Below, piece after piece: positions 39,959 through 50,158 of a stretch of DNA of 64,000 nt; the first letter of the stretch is position 1; each line of letters starts with the position of its first letter. This DNA comes from an uncultured Acidobacteriota bacterium (lineage in GTDB: Bacteria; Acidobacteriota; Thermoanaerobaculia; Multivoradales; JAHEKO01). Below the pieces are notes generated by a model. It ran no database searches. It saw only the letters and a program-made list of their open reading frames with translations, and had not been told where the DNA came from. The translations under genes were made by a program, and so were the position numbers. Location: the NCBI GenBank assembly GCA_963713825.1, contig CAVQNG010000025.1, positions 224,001 to 288,000 on the forward strand. The letters are read 5' to 3'.

Positions 39959-40165
39959 TGTGTTCTCGACTTCAGGCTGCTTTCAAGGGATTCGTGTGCA
40001 TGAATATTCTATGAGATGTCGCGGGTCTGAGGGTGGAATTTGTAACAGTCATCTTCCAGGCAGGAGTGGGCTCTATAATCAAGGCCAGTTTCTCGAGTGA
40101 GCGACCACACTCTTCGCGTAACTCCCGGAGTGAGGCGGAGAAGGGCAGGGATGGAGGATTCAAGC

Positions 40166-40588
40166 ATGGATACTGCCGATACCGGTAGCCGAGCTGCGGT
40201 CAAGCAAGTGGAATCGGCTGCCCGTCAGCCCGTGTCCGCTGGCACCCAGACCGAGATGCAGATGCTGCTGGGTCCGGAGGACGGTGCTCCGAACTTCAAT
40301 CTGCGGCGGTTCATCATGGGAGAGGGTGGCGGCATGCCCATGCACAGGAACCGGGTAGAGCACGAGCAGTATGTGCTGCGCGGCAAGGCCAGGGTGGGCA
40401 TCGGCGATGACGTCCACGAGGTGGAGGCCGATCAGGTCCTGTTCATTCCTGCCGGGGTGCCGCACTACTACGAAGTCGTCGAAGCGCCCTTCGAGTTCCT
40501 GTGTATCGTGCCTCAGGCGGACGACCAGATCGAGATACTCCCAGGCGGAGACGAGAGCCCGAGCCAGGCACCAGGAGGGTCCGAGTGA
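40166..40588 (+). CDS. Cupin-domain protein
   Basis: PMHRNRVEHEQYVLRG and IPAGVPHYY motifs. GGAGG RBS and upstream TATAAT at 40074-40079. Confidence 0.85.
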   Translation: MDTADTGSRAAVKQVESAARQPVSAGTQTEMQMLLGPEDGAPNFNLRRFIMGEGGGMPMHRNRVEHEQYVLRGKARVGIGDDVHEVEADQVLFIPAGVPHYYEVVEAPFEFLCIVPQADDQIEILPGGDESPSQAPGGSE

Positions 40589-41874
40589 GCTCGAGCGGCA
40601 ACACGAACAAGCGGGTGGTCGGGTCGTGGGCACTCTACGACTTCGCCAACTCTCCCTTTACGACACTGGTGGTGACCTTCATCTACGCCGCTTACTTCAC
40701 CCAGGCCATCGCTCCGGACCCGATTCATGGCACAGCGCTGTGGTCTCGGGGAGTGACGGCTACGGCGATCATGGTCGCTCTCCTGTCGCCGATTCTGGGC
40801 GCACTGGCCGATCGAGGCGGATACAGGAAGGCGTTCCTGATCCTGGCGACTGGAGTCTGTATCTTTGGAACTGTGGCTCTCTATTGGGCCCTGCCTGGAC
40901 AGACGCTGAGGGCTCTGACGTGGTTCGTGGTCGCCAATGTCAGTTTCGAGATGGGCATGGTGTTCTACAACGCCTTCCTGCCGGACATCGCTCCACCCGA
41001 GCGCATCGGGAGAATCTCTGGTTTCGGCTGGGGAATGGGGTACGTCGGCGGGTTGATTGCGCTGGCCGTCGCCCTGTTCACGCTGGTCGGGCCAGAGGTC
41101 CCCTGGTTCGGCTTCTCCAAGGAGGCGGGAGAGAACATCCGAGCCACCAATCTCCTGGTGGCCATCTGGTTCGCGGCCTTCAGCCTGCCGATGTTCTTCT
41201 GGGTCAAAGAGGACCGCTCACAGGTCAGTGCTCCGGGGCAGATTCTGGCTCAAACGTGGCGTCAACTCGCCACGACGTTCAAGGAGATTCGTGACTACAA
41301 GCAGATTGTCCGATTCCTCCTGGCGCGTTTGCTCTACAACGATGGCCTGGTGACGGTGTTCGCGTTCGGCGGGATCTATGCCGCCGGGACCTTCGGATTC
41401 GACATGGAGGACATGCTCATCTTCGGCATCGTTCTCAACGTGACAGCCGGCTTGGGTGCCTTCTGCCTGGGCTTCTTGGACGACTTGCTCGGCGGCAAGA
41501 AGACTCTGCAGATCTCCGTTATCGGACTCATAGTCGCCACGATCGTGGCGGTGTGGGCTCCGACGCGCGCCTGGTTCTGGGTGGCGGGAATCCTGCTCGG
41601 AATCTTCGCTGGGCCCAATCAATCGGCGAGCCGCTCCCTGATGGGCCGCTTCGTCCCGCCGGACAAGGAGAACGAGTTCTTCGGCTTCTTCGCTTTTTCA
41701 GGCAAGTTCACCGCTTTTATAGGGCCATTTCTGTTGGGTGTCTTGACACAGGCCTTCAACAGTCAACGGGCTGGAATCGCCGTGGTTCTGGTGCTGTTCG
41801 TGTTGGGCCTGGCGCTGCTGGCCAGTGTCGATGAAGAGGAGGGCGTGGCGGCGGCGGGCCGCGGCGAGGTGTAG
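40585..41874 (+). CDS. MFS transporter, UMF1/ATG22-like family
   Basis: WALYDFANSPF, FYNAFLP, LYNDG and QSASRSL motifs. GTGA overlap with the cupin stop. Confidence 0.88.
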   Translation: MSSSGNTNKRVVGSWALYDFANSPFTTLVVTFIYAAYFTQAIAPDPIHGTALWSRGVTATAIMVALLSPILGALADRGGYRKAFLILATGVCIFGTVALYWALPGQTLRALTWFVVANVSFEMGMVFYNAFLPDIAPPERIGRISGFGWGMGYVGGLIALAVALFTLVGPEVPWFGFSKEAGENIRATNLLVAIWFAAFSLPMFFWVKEDRSQVSAPGQILAQTWRQLATTFKEIRDYKQIVRFLLARLLYNDGLVTVFAFGGIYAAGTFGFDMEDMLIFGIVLNVTAGLGAFCLGFLDDLLGGKKTLQISVIGLIVATIVAVWAPTRAWFWVAGILLGIFAGPNQSASRSLMGRFVPPDKENEFFGFFAFSGKFTAFIGPFLLGVLTQAFNSQRAGIAVVLVLFVLGLALLASVDEEEGVAAAGRGEV

Positions 41875-41876
41875 AG

Positions 41877-43199
41877 ATGTGGCTGCTACCCGTGTTTTCG
41901 GGTATCTGCGACACCGCAGTGCGTTTGTTCTACCGCTTCGAAGTCAAGGGTCCAGCCCCACCTCGCACCGGGCCGCTTCTGCTGTTGGCCAACCATCCCA
42001 ACTCCCTGGTGGACCCGGCCTTGGTGACGGCGGCGGCAGGCCGGCCGGTCCGCTTTCTGGCCAAGGCGCCGCTCTTCACCCATCCTCTGGTGGGTTGGTT
42101 GGTGCGGGGGTCCGGGGCGATTCCCGTCTACCGCCGCAGCGACGATCCTGCGCTGGCGCCGCGCAACGAAGAGATGTTTGCTGCGGTTCTCGCGGCACTC
42201 TCCCAGGCTGCTGCGATCGGCATTTTTCCCGAAGGGATCAGTCACAGCCAGCCGTCGTTGGCGGATCTGAAGACCGGTAGCGCCCGCATCGCCCTGAGCC
42301 ATCCGGCACCTCAAAGTGATCCACTCACCCTGATTCCGATGGGACTACTGCTCCGAGACAAAGGCCGTTTCCGCTCGGCAGCGATCGTGGTGCGCGGAGA
42401 GTCGATTGCCTGGAAAGACCTCGCAAGCCGCGGCGCGGAAGATGTCGAAGTGGTCCGGGAGCTGACGGGAAGAATCGACGAAGGCCTGAGGCAAGTGACC
42501 CTCAACCTGGAATCCTGGGAGGATCAGCCCCTGGTCGAGGGAGCTCAGGCCATCTGGGCCGCGGAGAGCCGAGCCCATTCCGACGAGGCGGAGACTCTGA
42601 AGAGGATTCAGGTGAGTGCCTCCATTCTGAGCCAGATGAGGAGCGAAGAGGACCCGAAGGCGATGGCTCTGGCAAGCGAGGTGGCGGCTCACTGTCGACG
42701 CCTGGATCGGCTGGGGATGGAGCCGGGCGACCTTGCGGCCAAGGTCGACCTGACAAGTGCCCTGCGATGGGCCGCCAGCCGCTTGGTATGGCTGGGACCG
42801 CCAGCGGCACTGCTGGCTGTGACGGGTCTTGTCCTCTACTGGATTCCCTTCCAGGTCACGGGCCTCGTTACCCGGCTGGCCGAGCCGCCGGCGACGCAGC
42901 GTTCGACGTATCAGATCCTCATCGGAGCTGTTGTCTACGCGCTGTGGATTCTGTTGGTCTCCGTGGCGACCGGGCACTGGTTCGGCATCCGGTGGGGACT
43001 TCTGGCCCTGGTTTTGCAGCCTGGAATCGGCATCGCGGGCCTGTGGATTCGAGAGCGTTGGCGGGGCTACTGGAGCGATATGAGGCGGTTCTTTCTGATG
43101 CGCTCACGCCTGCATCTGATTCAGCAGCTTCAAGGGAGACAAGAGGCCCTGGCTGCCAGGCTGGACAGTCTTGTCGAGCGCTGGCGACGGCATCTGTAA
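41877..43199 (+). CDS. PlsC-family glycerolipid acyltransferase with C-terminal TM helices
   Basis: NHPNSLVD (HxxxxD), FLAK, IPVYR and IFPEGISH motifs. Confidence 0.87.
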   Translation: MWLLPVFSGICDTAVRLFYRFEVKGPAPPRTGPLLLLANHPNSLVDPALVTAAAGRPVRFLAKAPLFTHPLVGWLVRGSGAIPVYRRSDDPALAPRNEEMFAAVLAALSQAAAIGIFPEGISHSQPSLADLKTGSARIALSHPAPQSDPLTLIPMGLLLRDKGRFRSAAIVVRGESIAWKDLASRGAEDVEVVRELTGRIDEGLRQVTLNLESWEDQPLVEGAQAIWAAESRAHSDEAETLKRIQVSASILSQMRSEEDPKAMALASEVAAHCRRLDRLGMEPGDLAAKVDLTSALRWAASRLVWLGPPAALLAVTGLVLYWIPFQVTGLVTRLAEPPATQRSTYQILIGAVVYALWILLVSVATGHWFGIRWGLLALVLQPGIGIAGLWIRERWRGYWSDMRRFFLMRSRLHLIQQLQGRQEALAARLDSLVERWRRHL

Positions 43200-43218
43200 C
43201 AGAACCGTGAAGCGAAGT

Positions 43219-44187
43219 TCAGGTCTGCCAGGGTAGGCGGTCGAGGTCCACGTTGCCGCCGGACAGGATCACGCCGACTCTCTGACCTCGAACTTCGAGG
43301 TTGCCATTGAGTAGCGCCGCCACTGGTACCGCCGAGGAAGGCTCGATAAGGATCTTCATCCTCTCCCAGACGGCTCGCATGGCCTCGACGATGGCGGCCT
43401 CATCGACGGTGACAATTCGCTCGACGTGGTCTCGAATGATCGCAAACGTGAGCTCGCCCAATGAGGTCAACAGTCCGTCAGCGATCGTGGCGGGAGGGAC
43501 TGCGGGGAGAATTCGGCCCGCCGCCAGAGATCTGGCCGCGTCATCGGCCGCCGCCGGCTCGGTACCCACGACCCGTGTAGCGGGTGAATAGTGGTGCGCC
43601 GCCAGCGCGCAGCCACTCAAGAGGCCGCCACCTCCGACGGGCGCCAGGATGACCTCCAGGTCCGTCACGTCCTCGAGGAGCTCCTGGGCTGCCGTGCTCT
43701 GTCCGGCAACAATGCGCGAGTCGTTGAAAGGGTGGATCAGGCAAGCTCCGGTCGTCTCGACGATTCGAGCTGTCTCACCCTCGCGGGACTCCTGGGTCGG
43801 TTGGCACAGGACGACCTCGGCCCCGTAGTCTCTGACTGCCGCCACCTTGATTGCCGTGGCGTTCTCCGGCATGACGATGGTGGCACGGGTGCCGCGAAGG
43901 CGGGCAGCCAGCGCCAGCGCCTGGGCGTGATTGCCCGATGAGTGGGCGACCACGCCGCGCTCGAGCTCTTGCGGCGAGAGGGAAAACACAGCATTGCAGG
44001 CTCCACGGAACTTGAAGGCCCCGACCTTCTGGAAGTTCTCGCACTTGAAGAAGAGCTCTGCACCGGTGAGATGGTCGAAGTGGGCCGAGGTCAGGACCGG
44101 TGTTCTGTGCGCGTACCGCTCGATGCGAGCCCGGGCTGCGGTCAGCTCTGGTAGGCCAGGGCGAGTGAGAATCGAGGACGTTTCCAT
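43219..44187 (-). CDS. PLP-dependent threonine/serine dehydratase (serine racemase-like)
   Basis: KCENFQKVGAFKFRGA, SSGNHAQ, PVGGGGL and LSGGNVD motifs. Confidence 0.92.
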   Translation of the reverse strand: METSSILTRPGLPELTAARARIERYAHRTPVLTSAHFDHLTGAELFFKCENFQKVGAFKFRGACNAVFSLSPQELERGVVAHSSGNHAQALALAARLRGTRATIVMPENATAIKVAAVRDYGAEVVLCQPTQESREGETARIVETTGACLIHPFNDSRIVAGQSTAAQELLEDVTDLEVILAPVGGGGLLSGCALAAHHYSPATRVVGTEPAAADDAARSLAAGRILPAVPPATIADGLLTSLGELTFAIIRDHVERIVTVDEAAIVEAMRAVWERMKILIEPSSAVPVAALLNGNLEVRGQRVGVILSGGNVDLDRLPWQT

Positions 44188-44292
44188 GGCTTCTTCGAGC
44201 GCTGTTGGTCAGCGATGAAGCGGAGCGTAGCATAGGCACCTGACCCTTGATTCTTGGCAGTCGCACCAGATCGGACTACACTCGTTGGCGCA

Positions 44293-45285
44293 ATGAGCCA
44301 GCTGCACAGAGTAGGCCGTGAAGACCGCGAGAAGCGCGAGCGGGAGTTGTTGTCGCCGGCAGCCACTCGATCGGCGGACAGTCGTGGTCGTGAACAGCCA
44401 GAAGAGCCCGATGCCTACCGCACCTGTTTCGAGAGAGATCGCGATCGGATCCTCTACTCGAAGGCGTTTCGGCGCTTGAAGCACAAGACCCAGGTGTTTA
44501 TCAACCCGGAAGGTGATCACGTCGTGACACGGCTGAGCCATACCCTACAGGTGGCTCAGATCGGTCGCGCTCTAGCCCAGGCATTGGGGTTGAACGAACC
44601 GCTGGTGGAAGCGGTTTGTCTGGGGCATGAGGTGGGCCATCCGCCTTTCGGCCACAATGGCGAGGTGGCCTTGAGCCCCTATGTCGAGGGCGAGTGGCTC
44701 CATTCCGAGCAGAGCGTCAGGGTCTTCGAAGTGCTGGAGCCTCTCAACTTGACGTGGGAGGTCATCGACGGGATACGTGCCCACACCTGGAAGGTGAATC
44801 CGCCGCCAGCCACTCAAGAAGGCATGATCCTGCGGTTCGCAGACCGCATCGCCTATCTCGTGCACGATATGCAAGACGCGATTCGGGCCGAAATCCTGAC
44901 ACTGGCAGACCTGCCTGGGGACAGCCTGGAGGTCTTCGGGGAGCCAGGCAGCGAGTGGGTCAAACGCATGATCCGGGCCGTGATCGAGGAGTCTCTGGAG
45001 CGCGGCGAGGTCGCGATGAGGCCCGACATGCTCGCGGCGATGCACCGTTTTCGCGAGTTCATGTATGAGAATGTCTACCTGCGTCCAGAATCGCAGAAGC
45101 AGGCGGAAAAGGCTGTGCGGATCTTGAGGGATCTGGTGGACCACTACCTCGAGAACGCGGACGAGATGCCCGAGACCTATCGCCAGCGCCAGGAGCCTTT
45201 GGTGAATCAGGTGATCGACGTTGTAGCGGGCATGACCGACCGATATGCTCTCAGGGTTCACGACCAAATCTATCGACCCTTTTGA
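44293..45285 (+). CDS. dgt: dGTP triphosphohydrolase-like HD-family protein
   Basis: RDRDRILYSKAFRRLKHKTQV, TRLSHT, GHPPFGH, ADRIAY and AGMTDRYA motifs. Confidence 0.88.
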   Translation: MSQLHRVGREDREKRERELLSPAATRSADSRGREQPEEPDAYRTCFERDRDRILYSKAFRRLKHKTQVFINPEGDHVVTRLSHTLQVAQIGRALAQALGLNEPLVEAVCLGHEVGHPPFGHNGEVALSPYVEGEWLHSEQSVRVFEVLEPLNLTWEVIDGIRAHTWKVNPPPATQEGMILRFADRIAYLVHDMQDAIRAEILTLADLPGDSLEVFGEPGSEWVKRMIRAVIEESLERGEVAMRPDMLAAMHRFREFMYENVYLRPESQKQAEKAVRILRDLVDHYLENADEMPETYRQRQEPLVNQVIDVVAGMTDRYALRVHDQIYRPF

Positions 45286-45318
45286 CCTCGACAGAGTGAC
45301 GACGAGATTCTCCGGCCG

Positions 45319-46704
45319 ATGACCGAGACCAGCAAGAGGGTCGTATGGGGTGCCCGGATCGGTTGGCTGATGCTCGTCCTGGTGTTTGTGGTCTTTGTCT
45401 GGGGCATGAATCGACGCTCGAGGCTCGAAGCCACGGGGGCAAACGTCATCCGCATGCTGTTCGTTCCCTCGGTCGAGCAAGGGACCCTGGTCGAGAGAGG
45501 CGACGAGTTGGCGCGCTTCATTCGTCGCGACAGCGGCTTGATTCTGCGCTCCGAAGTTCCAACCAGCTACGCGGCCGTCATTCAGGCTTTGGGTTCTGGG
45601 CAAGCCGACGTGGCCTGGATGCCGGCCTTTGCGTATGTGATCGCCCACGCTCGCTACGGTGCCGAGGCCAAGTTGCAGGTCGTTCGGTCGTTGGAGAGAT
45701 TCGCGGTCGTGGTGACTCGCAACAGTGGCGGCGAACCGACATCGCTTTCAGAGCTGACTGGGAAGCGGGTGGCGTTTCCGCGCTCGATGCACCCCGATCT
45801 GGCGTCTGGCTTGCGCTCGAGATTGACTGCAGAGGCTCCAGATTGGGTGGAGGTCCCGGTCGAGGAGGACGCCGATGCGGTGGAGCGGGTGGTCTCTTCG
45901 CCTGCCACGGCCGATGCGGCGGCGAGCTCGTTCGTTCACTCTGGGCCCTTCGACTTCGTTGGCGACGGTCGTAAGGAGCTCGAGTATCGGCGACCTGGGA
46001 CCCTCGAGCAGACACGGATCATCTTCACGACCGAGGAGCCGGTAGCGGAGAACGTCAGGGTCTACCATGGTTGCGTCTATGCCCGCACCGACTCGGGGGT
46101 CCGTCAGTTGCGGGATCTGACCGGTCAGACTTTCGCTTTCTCCGACGAGACCTCGACCTCGGGCCACATCTTCCCCCGCCTGCTCCTCGAGCGCGACGGC
46201 GTGTCTCTGGGTAGGGTCTACTACGCTGGCGGCCATCCGAATGTCGTGCAGGCCGTCTGGGATGGCAAAGCGCTGGGCGGCTCTGCCTTCTATTCACCTC
46301 CCAGTCCGCAGCAACGTGCCGAAGGGCTCTTCGTCGGTGATGCCCGCTATCTGCTGATGAAGCGCATGCCAGAACCCGAGCGCCGCGACGCATTTCTCGA
46401 AGAGGTGAGGGTACTGCGGAAGACGGATCCGATTCCCAACGACCTGTGCGCTGTTCGCAGAGGTTTCCCGGAGCAGGTCTGGGAGCGCTTCGCTGAGTCG
46501 CTCGCCCGATACCTCGATACGGACGAAGGAAAGGAGACACTCTTCGACCTGCTGGCTGGAGTCGCCGCCGAGCCGACCGACGATGCGGCGTTCGACGGCT
46601 TTCGAGAGGCCCTGGCCCTGTCTGGGATGAGTGCAGACAGCCTGCTGGCCGCCGAGGAAGAGAAACTGGAGCAGCGGCAGCAAGAGCCCGGAGGTGACTC
46701 ATGA
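45319..46704 (+). CDS. phnD: Phosphate/phosphite/phosphonate ABC transporter substrate-binding protein (extended PhnD-like)
   Basis: MLFVPS, SYAAVIQAL, STSGHIFP, GGHPNVV and IPND motifs. N-terminal TM anchor. Confidence 0.8.
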   Translation: MTETSKRVVWGARIGWLMLVLVFVVFVWGMNRRSRLEATGANVIRMLFVPSVEQGTLVERGDELARFIRRDSGLILRSEVPTSYAAVIQALGSGQADVAWMPAFAYVIAHARYGAEAKLQVVRSLERFAVVVTRNSGGEPTSLSELTGKRVAFPRSMHPDLASGLRSRLTAEAPDWVEVPVEEDADAVERVVSSPATADAAASSFVHSGPFDFVGDGRKELEYRRPGTLEQTRIIFTTEEPVAENVRVYHGCVYARTDSGVRQLRDLTGQTFAFSDETSTSGHIFPRLLLERDGVSLGRVYYAGGHPNVVQAVWDGKALGGSAFYSPPSPQQRAEGLFVGDARYLLMKRMPEPERRDAFLEEVRVLRKTDPIPNDLCAVRRGFPEQVWERFAESLARYLDTDEGKETLFDLLAGVAAEPTDDAAFDGFREALALSGMSADSLLAAEEEKLEQRQQEPGGDS

Positions 46705-47474
46705 CCGAAGCCGTGCGCGTCGAGGGCCTCAGCAAGGTCTTCCCGAATGGGGTGAGGGCTCTTTCCGGCGTCGACCTATCGGTTCGTCAGGGGGAGTTCC
46801 TGGTCATCATCGGGCTGTCGGGGTCTGGAAAGTCGACGCTGCTGCGCTGTCTCAATCGCCTGATCGACCCGTCCGAGGGGCGGGTGTGGATCTTCGGTGA
46901 TGAGATCACTGCGACCGAAGGATCCGACCTGCGTGCGATGCGGTCGGAAATGGCGATGATCTTCCAGCAGTTCAACCTCGTCAAGCGACATACGGTGATC
47001 ACCAATGTGCTGTCGGGCTCCCTGGGACGTAGCCCACTCTTGAACAGTCTCCTTCTGCGGTTCTCAGATGAGGAGAGAGCTCAAGCCCAGGCCTATCTCG
47101 AGCGGGTCGGTCTGGGAGATCGCGGCGGCAGCCGGGCGGATGCCCTGTCGGGTGGACAACAGCAGCGCGTCGCGATCGCTCGAGCGTTGATGCAGAAGCC
47201 ACGACTCGTTCTTGCAGACGAGCCGGTGGCCTCGTTGGATCCGGCGCTGCGCCACTCCGTCATGCGGCACATCGAAGCGTTGAATCGTGAAGAGGGGATG
47301 ACCGTCGTCTGTACCCTCCACGACATCGACCTCATCGAGCGCTACGCGACGCGGGTTGTAGCGCTGCGAGATGGTCAACTGGTCTACGAAGGAGAGCCCA
47401 CCAGTTTCGACGCGGTCACTTTCCGTCAGATCTACGGCGAAGATGCAGTCATGGCAGGCTCAACAGTCGACTGA
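46701..47474 (+). CDS. phnC: Phosphonate ABC transporter ATP-binding protein
   Basis: GLSGSGKST, FQQFNLV, LSGGQQQRVAIARAL and ADEPVASLDP motifs. Confidence 0.92.
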   Translation: MTEAVRVEGLSKVFPNGVRALSGVDLSVRQGEFLVIIGLSGSGKSTLLRCLNRLIDPSEGRVWIFGDEITATEGSDLRAMRSEMAMIFQQFNLVKRHTVITNVLSGSLGRSPLLNSLLLRFSDEERAQAQAYLERVGLGDRGGSRADALSGGQQQRVAIARALMQKPRLVLADEPVASLDPALRHSVMRHIEALNREEGMTVVCTLHDIDLIERYATRVVALRDGQLVYEGEPTSFDAVTFRQIYGEDAVMAGSTVD

Positions 47475-47484
47475 GGCGACGATC

Positions 47485-48582
47485 GTGGAAATCTCAGCCG
47501 AGTTACAGCGCCAGCAGCGCTCACTATGGCGTCATCGCCTGAGGCAGGTGCAGGCCTACTGCATCGACCTTCTGCTCCTGACGCTGATGCTGCTGATGGT
47601 GGAATTTCTCTTCGTAGCTTTTTCAGGTCGTCGTGGACCGACGGGTCTCCTCGTGACCCCTGAAGAGATCCTCGATCTACTGCACTACGGCTGGGCAGTC
47701 TCGGGCGGTGCCTTCCTGGCCCTCCTATGGGGTCTGGGCTCGAATGCGCTTGGCACCTCTCCCGGCCGCGCGCTGGTCCTCGGAGTCCCGGAGCGCGAAG
47801 GTCATCCTCCGTGGACCCACACGCTGCGCGGCTGGTTCATCGCCTTGATGGTCCAGCTGACGGTGTTTACCGGCTGGCTCATTACCGAGGTGCAGCTGGT
47901 AACCTTTCTGACCCAGTTCTCGAAGGCCTCCGACATCGTCCGCGGCTTGCTCCATCCGTCGAGCAGCGTTCTGCACCAGGGACTCGTGCTCCTGGTGCAG
48001 ACGATCTTCCTGGCCTTCATGGCCACGGCATTCGCAATTCCGGTGGCTTTCTGCCTGTCGTTTCTGGCGGCTCGCAATCTCACTCGCGACACGTTTCTCT
48101 TGCGCACCGCCTATACCGTGGTTCGGGCTGGTATGAACTTCACCCGCGCCGTCGAGCCACTGGTCTGGGCGCTCATCTTCATCTCGTGGGTCGGAATCGG
48201 GCCTTTCGCCGGTGTTCTGGCCCTCTGGGTTCATTCGATAGCAGCGCTGGTGAAGCTGTATTCCGAGCAGATCGAGAACATCGATCATGGGCCTGTCGAT
48301 GCGATCACGGCCACCGGCGCCTCCCACCTCCAGGTCCTGCGATACGGTGTTGTGCCACAGGTGATCCCGCCGTTTCTTTCCTTCACGATCTATCGATGGG
48401 ACATCAACGTGCGGATGTCGACGATCATCGGCTTCGTGGGTGGCGGTGGAATCGGTTACATCCTCAAGCCGAGAGTCGATCTGGGGCAATGGGGCGAGGT
48501 GGGAACCCTGGTCTTGCTGATTGCCGCCACCGTTTGGTGCATGGACATTCTCTCCGCCAAGATTCGCGAGCGCATCGTCTGA
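47485..48582 (+). CDS. phnE: Phosphonate ABC transporter permease with N-terminal RDD-like extension
   Basis: GIGPFAGVLAL, KLYSEQIE and YRWDINVRMSTIIGFVGGGGIG motifs. Start placed at the GTG just after phnC. Confidence 0.88.
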   Translation: MEISAELQRQQRSLWRHRLRQVQAYCIDLLLLTLMLLMVEFLFVAFSGRRGPTGLLVTPEEILDLLHYGWAVSGGAFLALLWGLGSNALGTSPGRALVLGVPEREGHPPWTHTLRGWFIALMVQLTVFTGWLITEVQLVTFLTQFSKASDIVRGLLHPSSSVLHQGLVLLVQTIFLAFMATAFAIPVAFCLSFLAARNLTRDTFLLRTAYTVVRAGMNFTRAVEPLVWALIFISWVGIGPFAGVLALWVHSIAALVKLYSEQIENIDHGPVDAITATGASHLQVLRYGVVPQVIPPFLSFTIYRWDINVRMSTIIGFVGGGGIGYILKPRVDLGQWGEVGTLVLLIAATVWCMDILSAKIRERIV

Positions 48583-48682
48583 GCGGGCTCGGCGCGGTGC
48601 TTCCTGCGGTATCCTGCGCCAACAGTCGTCGGTTCTCGGGAGCGCCGAGGGCCGGCCGAAGACTTTTCTCCGAGGAGTTGTG

Positions 48683-50068
48683 ATGAGTTCCGAAGACCGC
48701 CGTGGACGTGGCAAACGATGGCTCTGGCTGACGATTCTGATCGCCGGAGGGGCCGCAGCACTAGTGACTTTCCGGGTTGGATCCCAACCCTCGATCCAGA
48801 TCGAGCCGCAGATGCCTGGCATCGGTCGAAGGACTCCGATTGCCGTCGAGATGACAGAGCCGAGCCGTGGTCTGGCCAGGGTCCAGGTCGAGTTCGTGCA
48901 AGGCGATCGTGCCGAGGTACTGGTAGAGCACGTCTACGAGACCAGGCCAGCTTGGAAGTTCTGGGGTCCGGCAAAGAAGCACGAGTCGATCTTGATTGAA
49001 GTGGGAAGCGAGACGATCGAGGGTCTCGCGACCGGTGAAGCAACGATTCGAGCCAGCGCCTGGCCGGCCAGTACCTGGTTGCGCCATCCTGACGCCCAGA
49101 TTCAGGAACTGGTCTTGCCAGTGCGTCTCACGCCGCCCGCCATCGGGCTCCGCTCTCGGCAGCACTATGTCGCTCAGGGCGGAGCTGGAGTCGTCGTCTA
49201 CTCGGTCGGTCCGTCGTCTATCGAAGATGGCGTCCGGGTCGGAGACTGGTGGTTCCCAGGATCCGCGCTTCCTGACAGCGCGGATGGTGGTCGATTCGCT
49301 CTTTTCGCGGTGCCGTTCGACCTCGAGGACCCGAACCAGCTGGTGGTGGAAGCGACCGACGATGTGGGCAACACCGGGACGGTGAGCTTCGTTGACCAGT
49401 ACTTCCCAAAACCCTTCAGACAGGACACCATCGAGGTCAGCGATAGCTTCATGGAGCGGGTGGTGCCCCCGATCATGGGGAACACCCCCGGGGTCGAGGA
49501 TCAGGGCAACCTTCTCGACAACTACCTTTGGGTCAATCGCGAACTCCGAAAACGCAACGCGGCTCAGCTCAAGGAGTTGGCCGATGCCTCCCGCCAGGAG
49601 TTCCTGTGGGAGACGCCGTTTGTCCCGATGTCGAACGCCCAGGTGATGTCCTCGTTCGCTGATCGAAGGACCTATCTTTACCAGGGCCGTGAAGTGGATC
49701 AGCAGGATCATCTCGGCTTCGACCTGGCATCCGTTCGACATGCCGACATCCAGGCCTCGAACAGCGGCCAGGTCGTTCTGGCGAGGTACTTCGGGATTTA
49801 CGGCAATGCCGTGGCGATCGATCATGGATACGGCCTGATGAGCCTGTACGGTCACTTGTCGTCGATCGCCGTCGAAGAGGGCCAGTCGGTCGAGCGCGGC
49901 CAGGTGTTGGGTCGCTCGGGCGAGACCGGATTGGCCGGTGGCGACCACCTTCACTTCACGCTTCTGGTCGGCGGGCAGCCTGTCAATCCGGTCGAATGGT
50001 GGGATAGCGCTTGGATTCGTGATCGCTTCGCGGCCAAGCTCGAGATGTCGTTCGAGTTCAAGCCCTGA
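48683..50068 (+). CDS. M23-family metallopeptidase
   Basis: HLGFD (HxxxD), YGNAVAIDHG, YGHLS and HLHF motifs. N-terminal TM helix. Confidence 0.92.
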   Translation: MSSEDRRGRGKRWLWLTILIAGGAAALVTFRVGSQPSIQIEPQMPGIGRRTPIAVEMTEPSRGLARVQVEFVQGDRAEVLVEHVYETRPAWKFWGPAKKHESILIEVGSETIEGLATGEATIRASAWPASTWLRHPDAQIQELVLPVRLTPPAIGLRSRQHYVAQGGAGVVVYSVGPSSIEDGVRVGDWWFPGSALPDSADGGRFALFAVPFDLEDPNQLVVEATDDVGNTGTVSFVDQYFPKPFRQDTIEVSDSFMERVVPPIMGNTPGVEDQGNLLDNYLWVNRELRKRNAAQLKELADASRQEFLWETPFVPMSNAQVMSSFADRRTYLYQGREVDQQDHLGFDLASVRHADIQASNSGQVVLARYFGIYGNAVAIDHGYGLMSLYGHLSSIAVEEGQSVERGQVLGRSGETGLAGGDHLHFTLLVGGQPVNPVEWWDSAWIRDRFAAKLEMSFEFKP

Positions 50069-50158
50069 GTCAGAGTCGCGTGCCCGTCTCGAGTAGGAGA
50101 TGTCCCCCTGCATGGTGGTGCAGATCGCGCTTCAGGTGGTGCGATAGGGTATGGCCAC

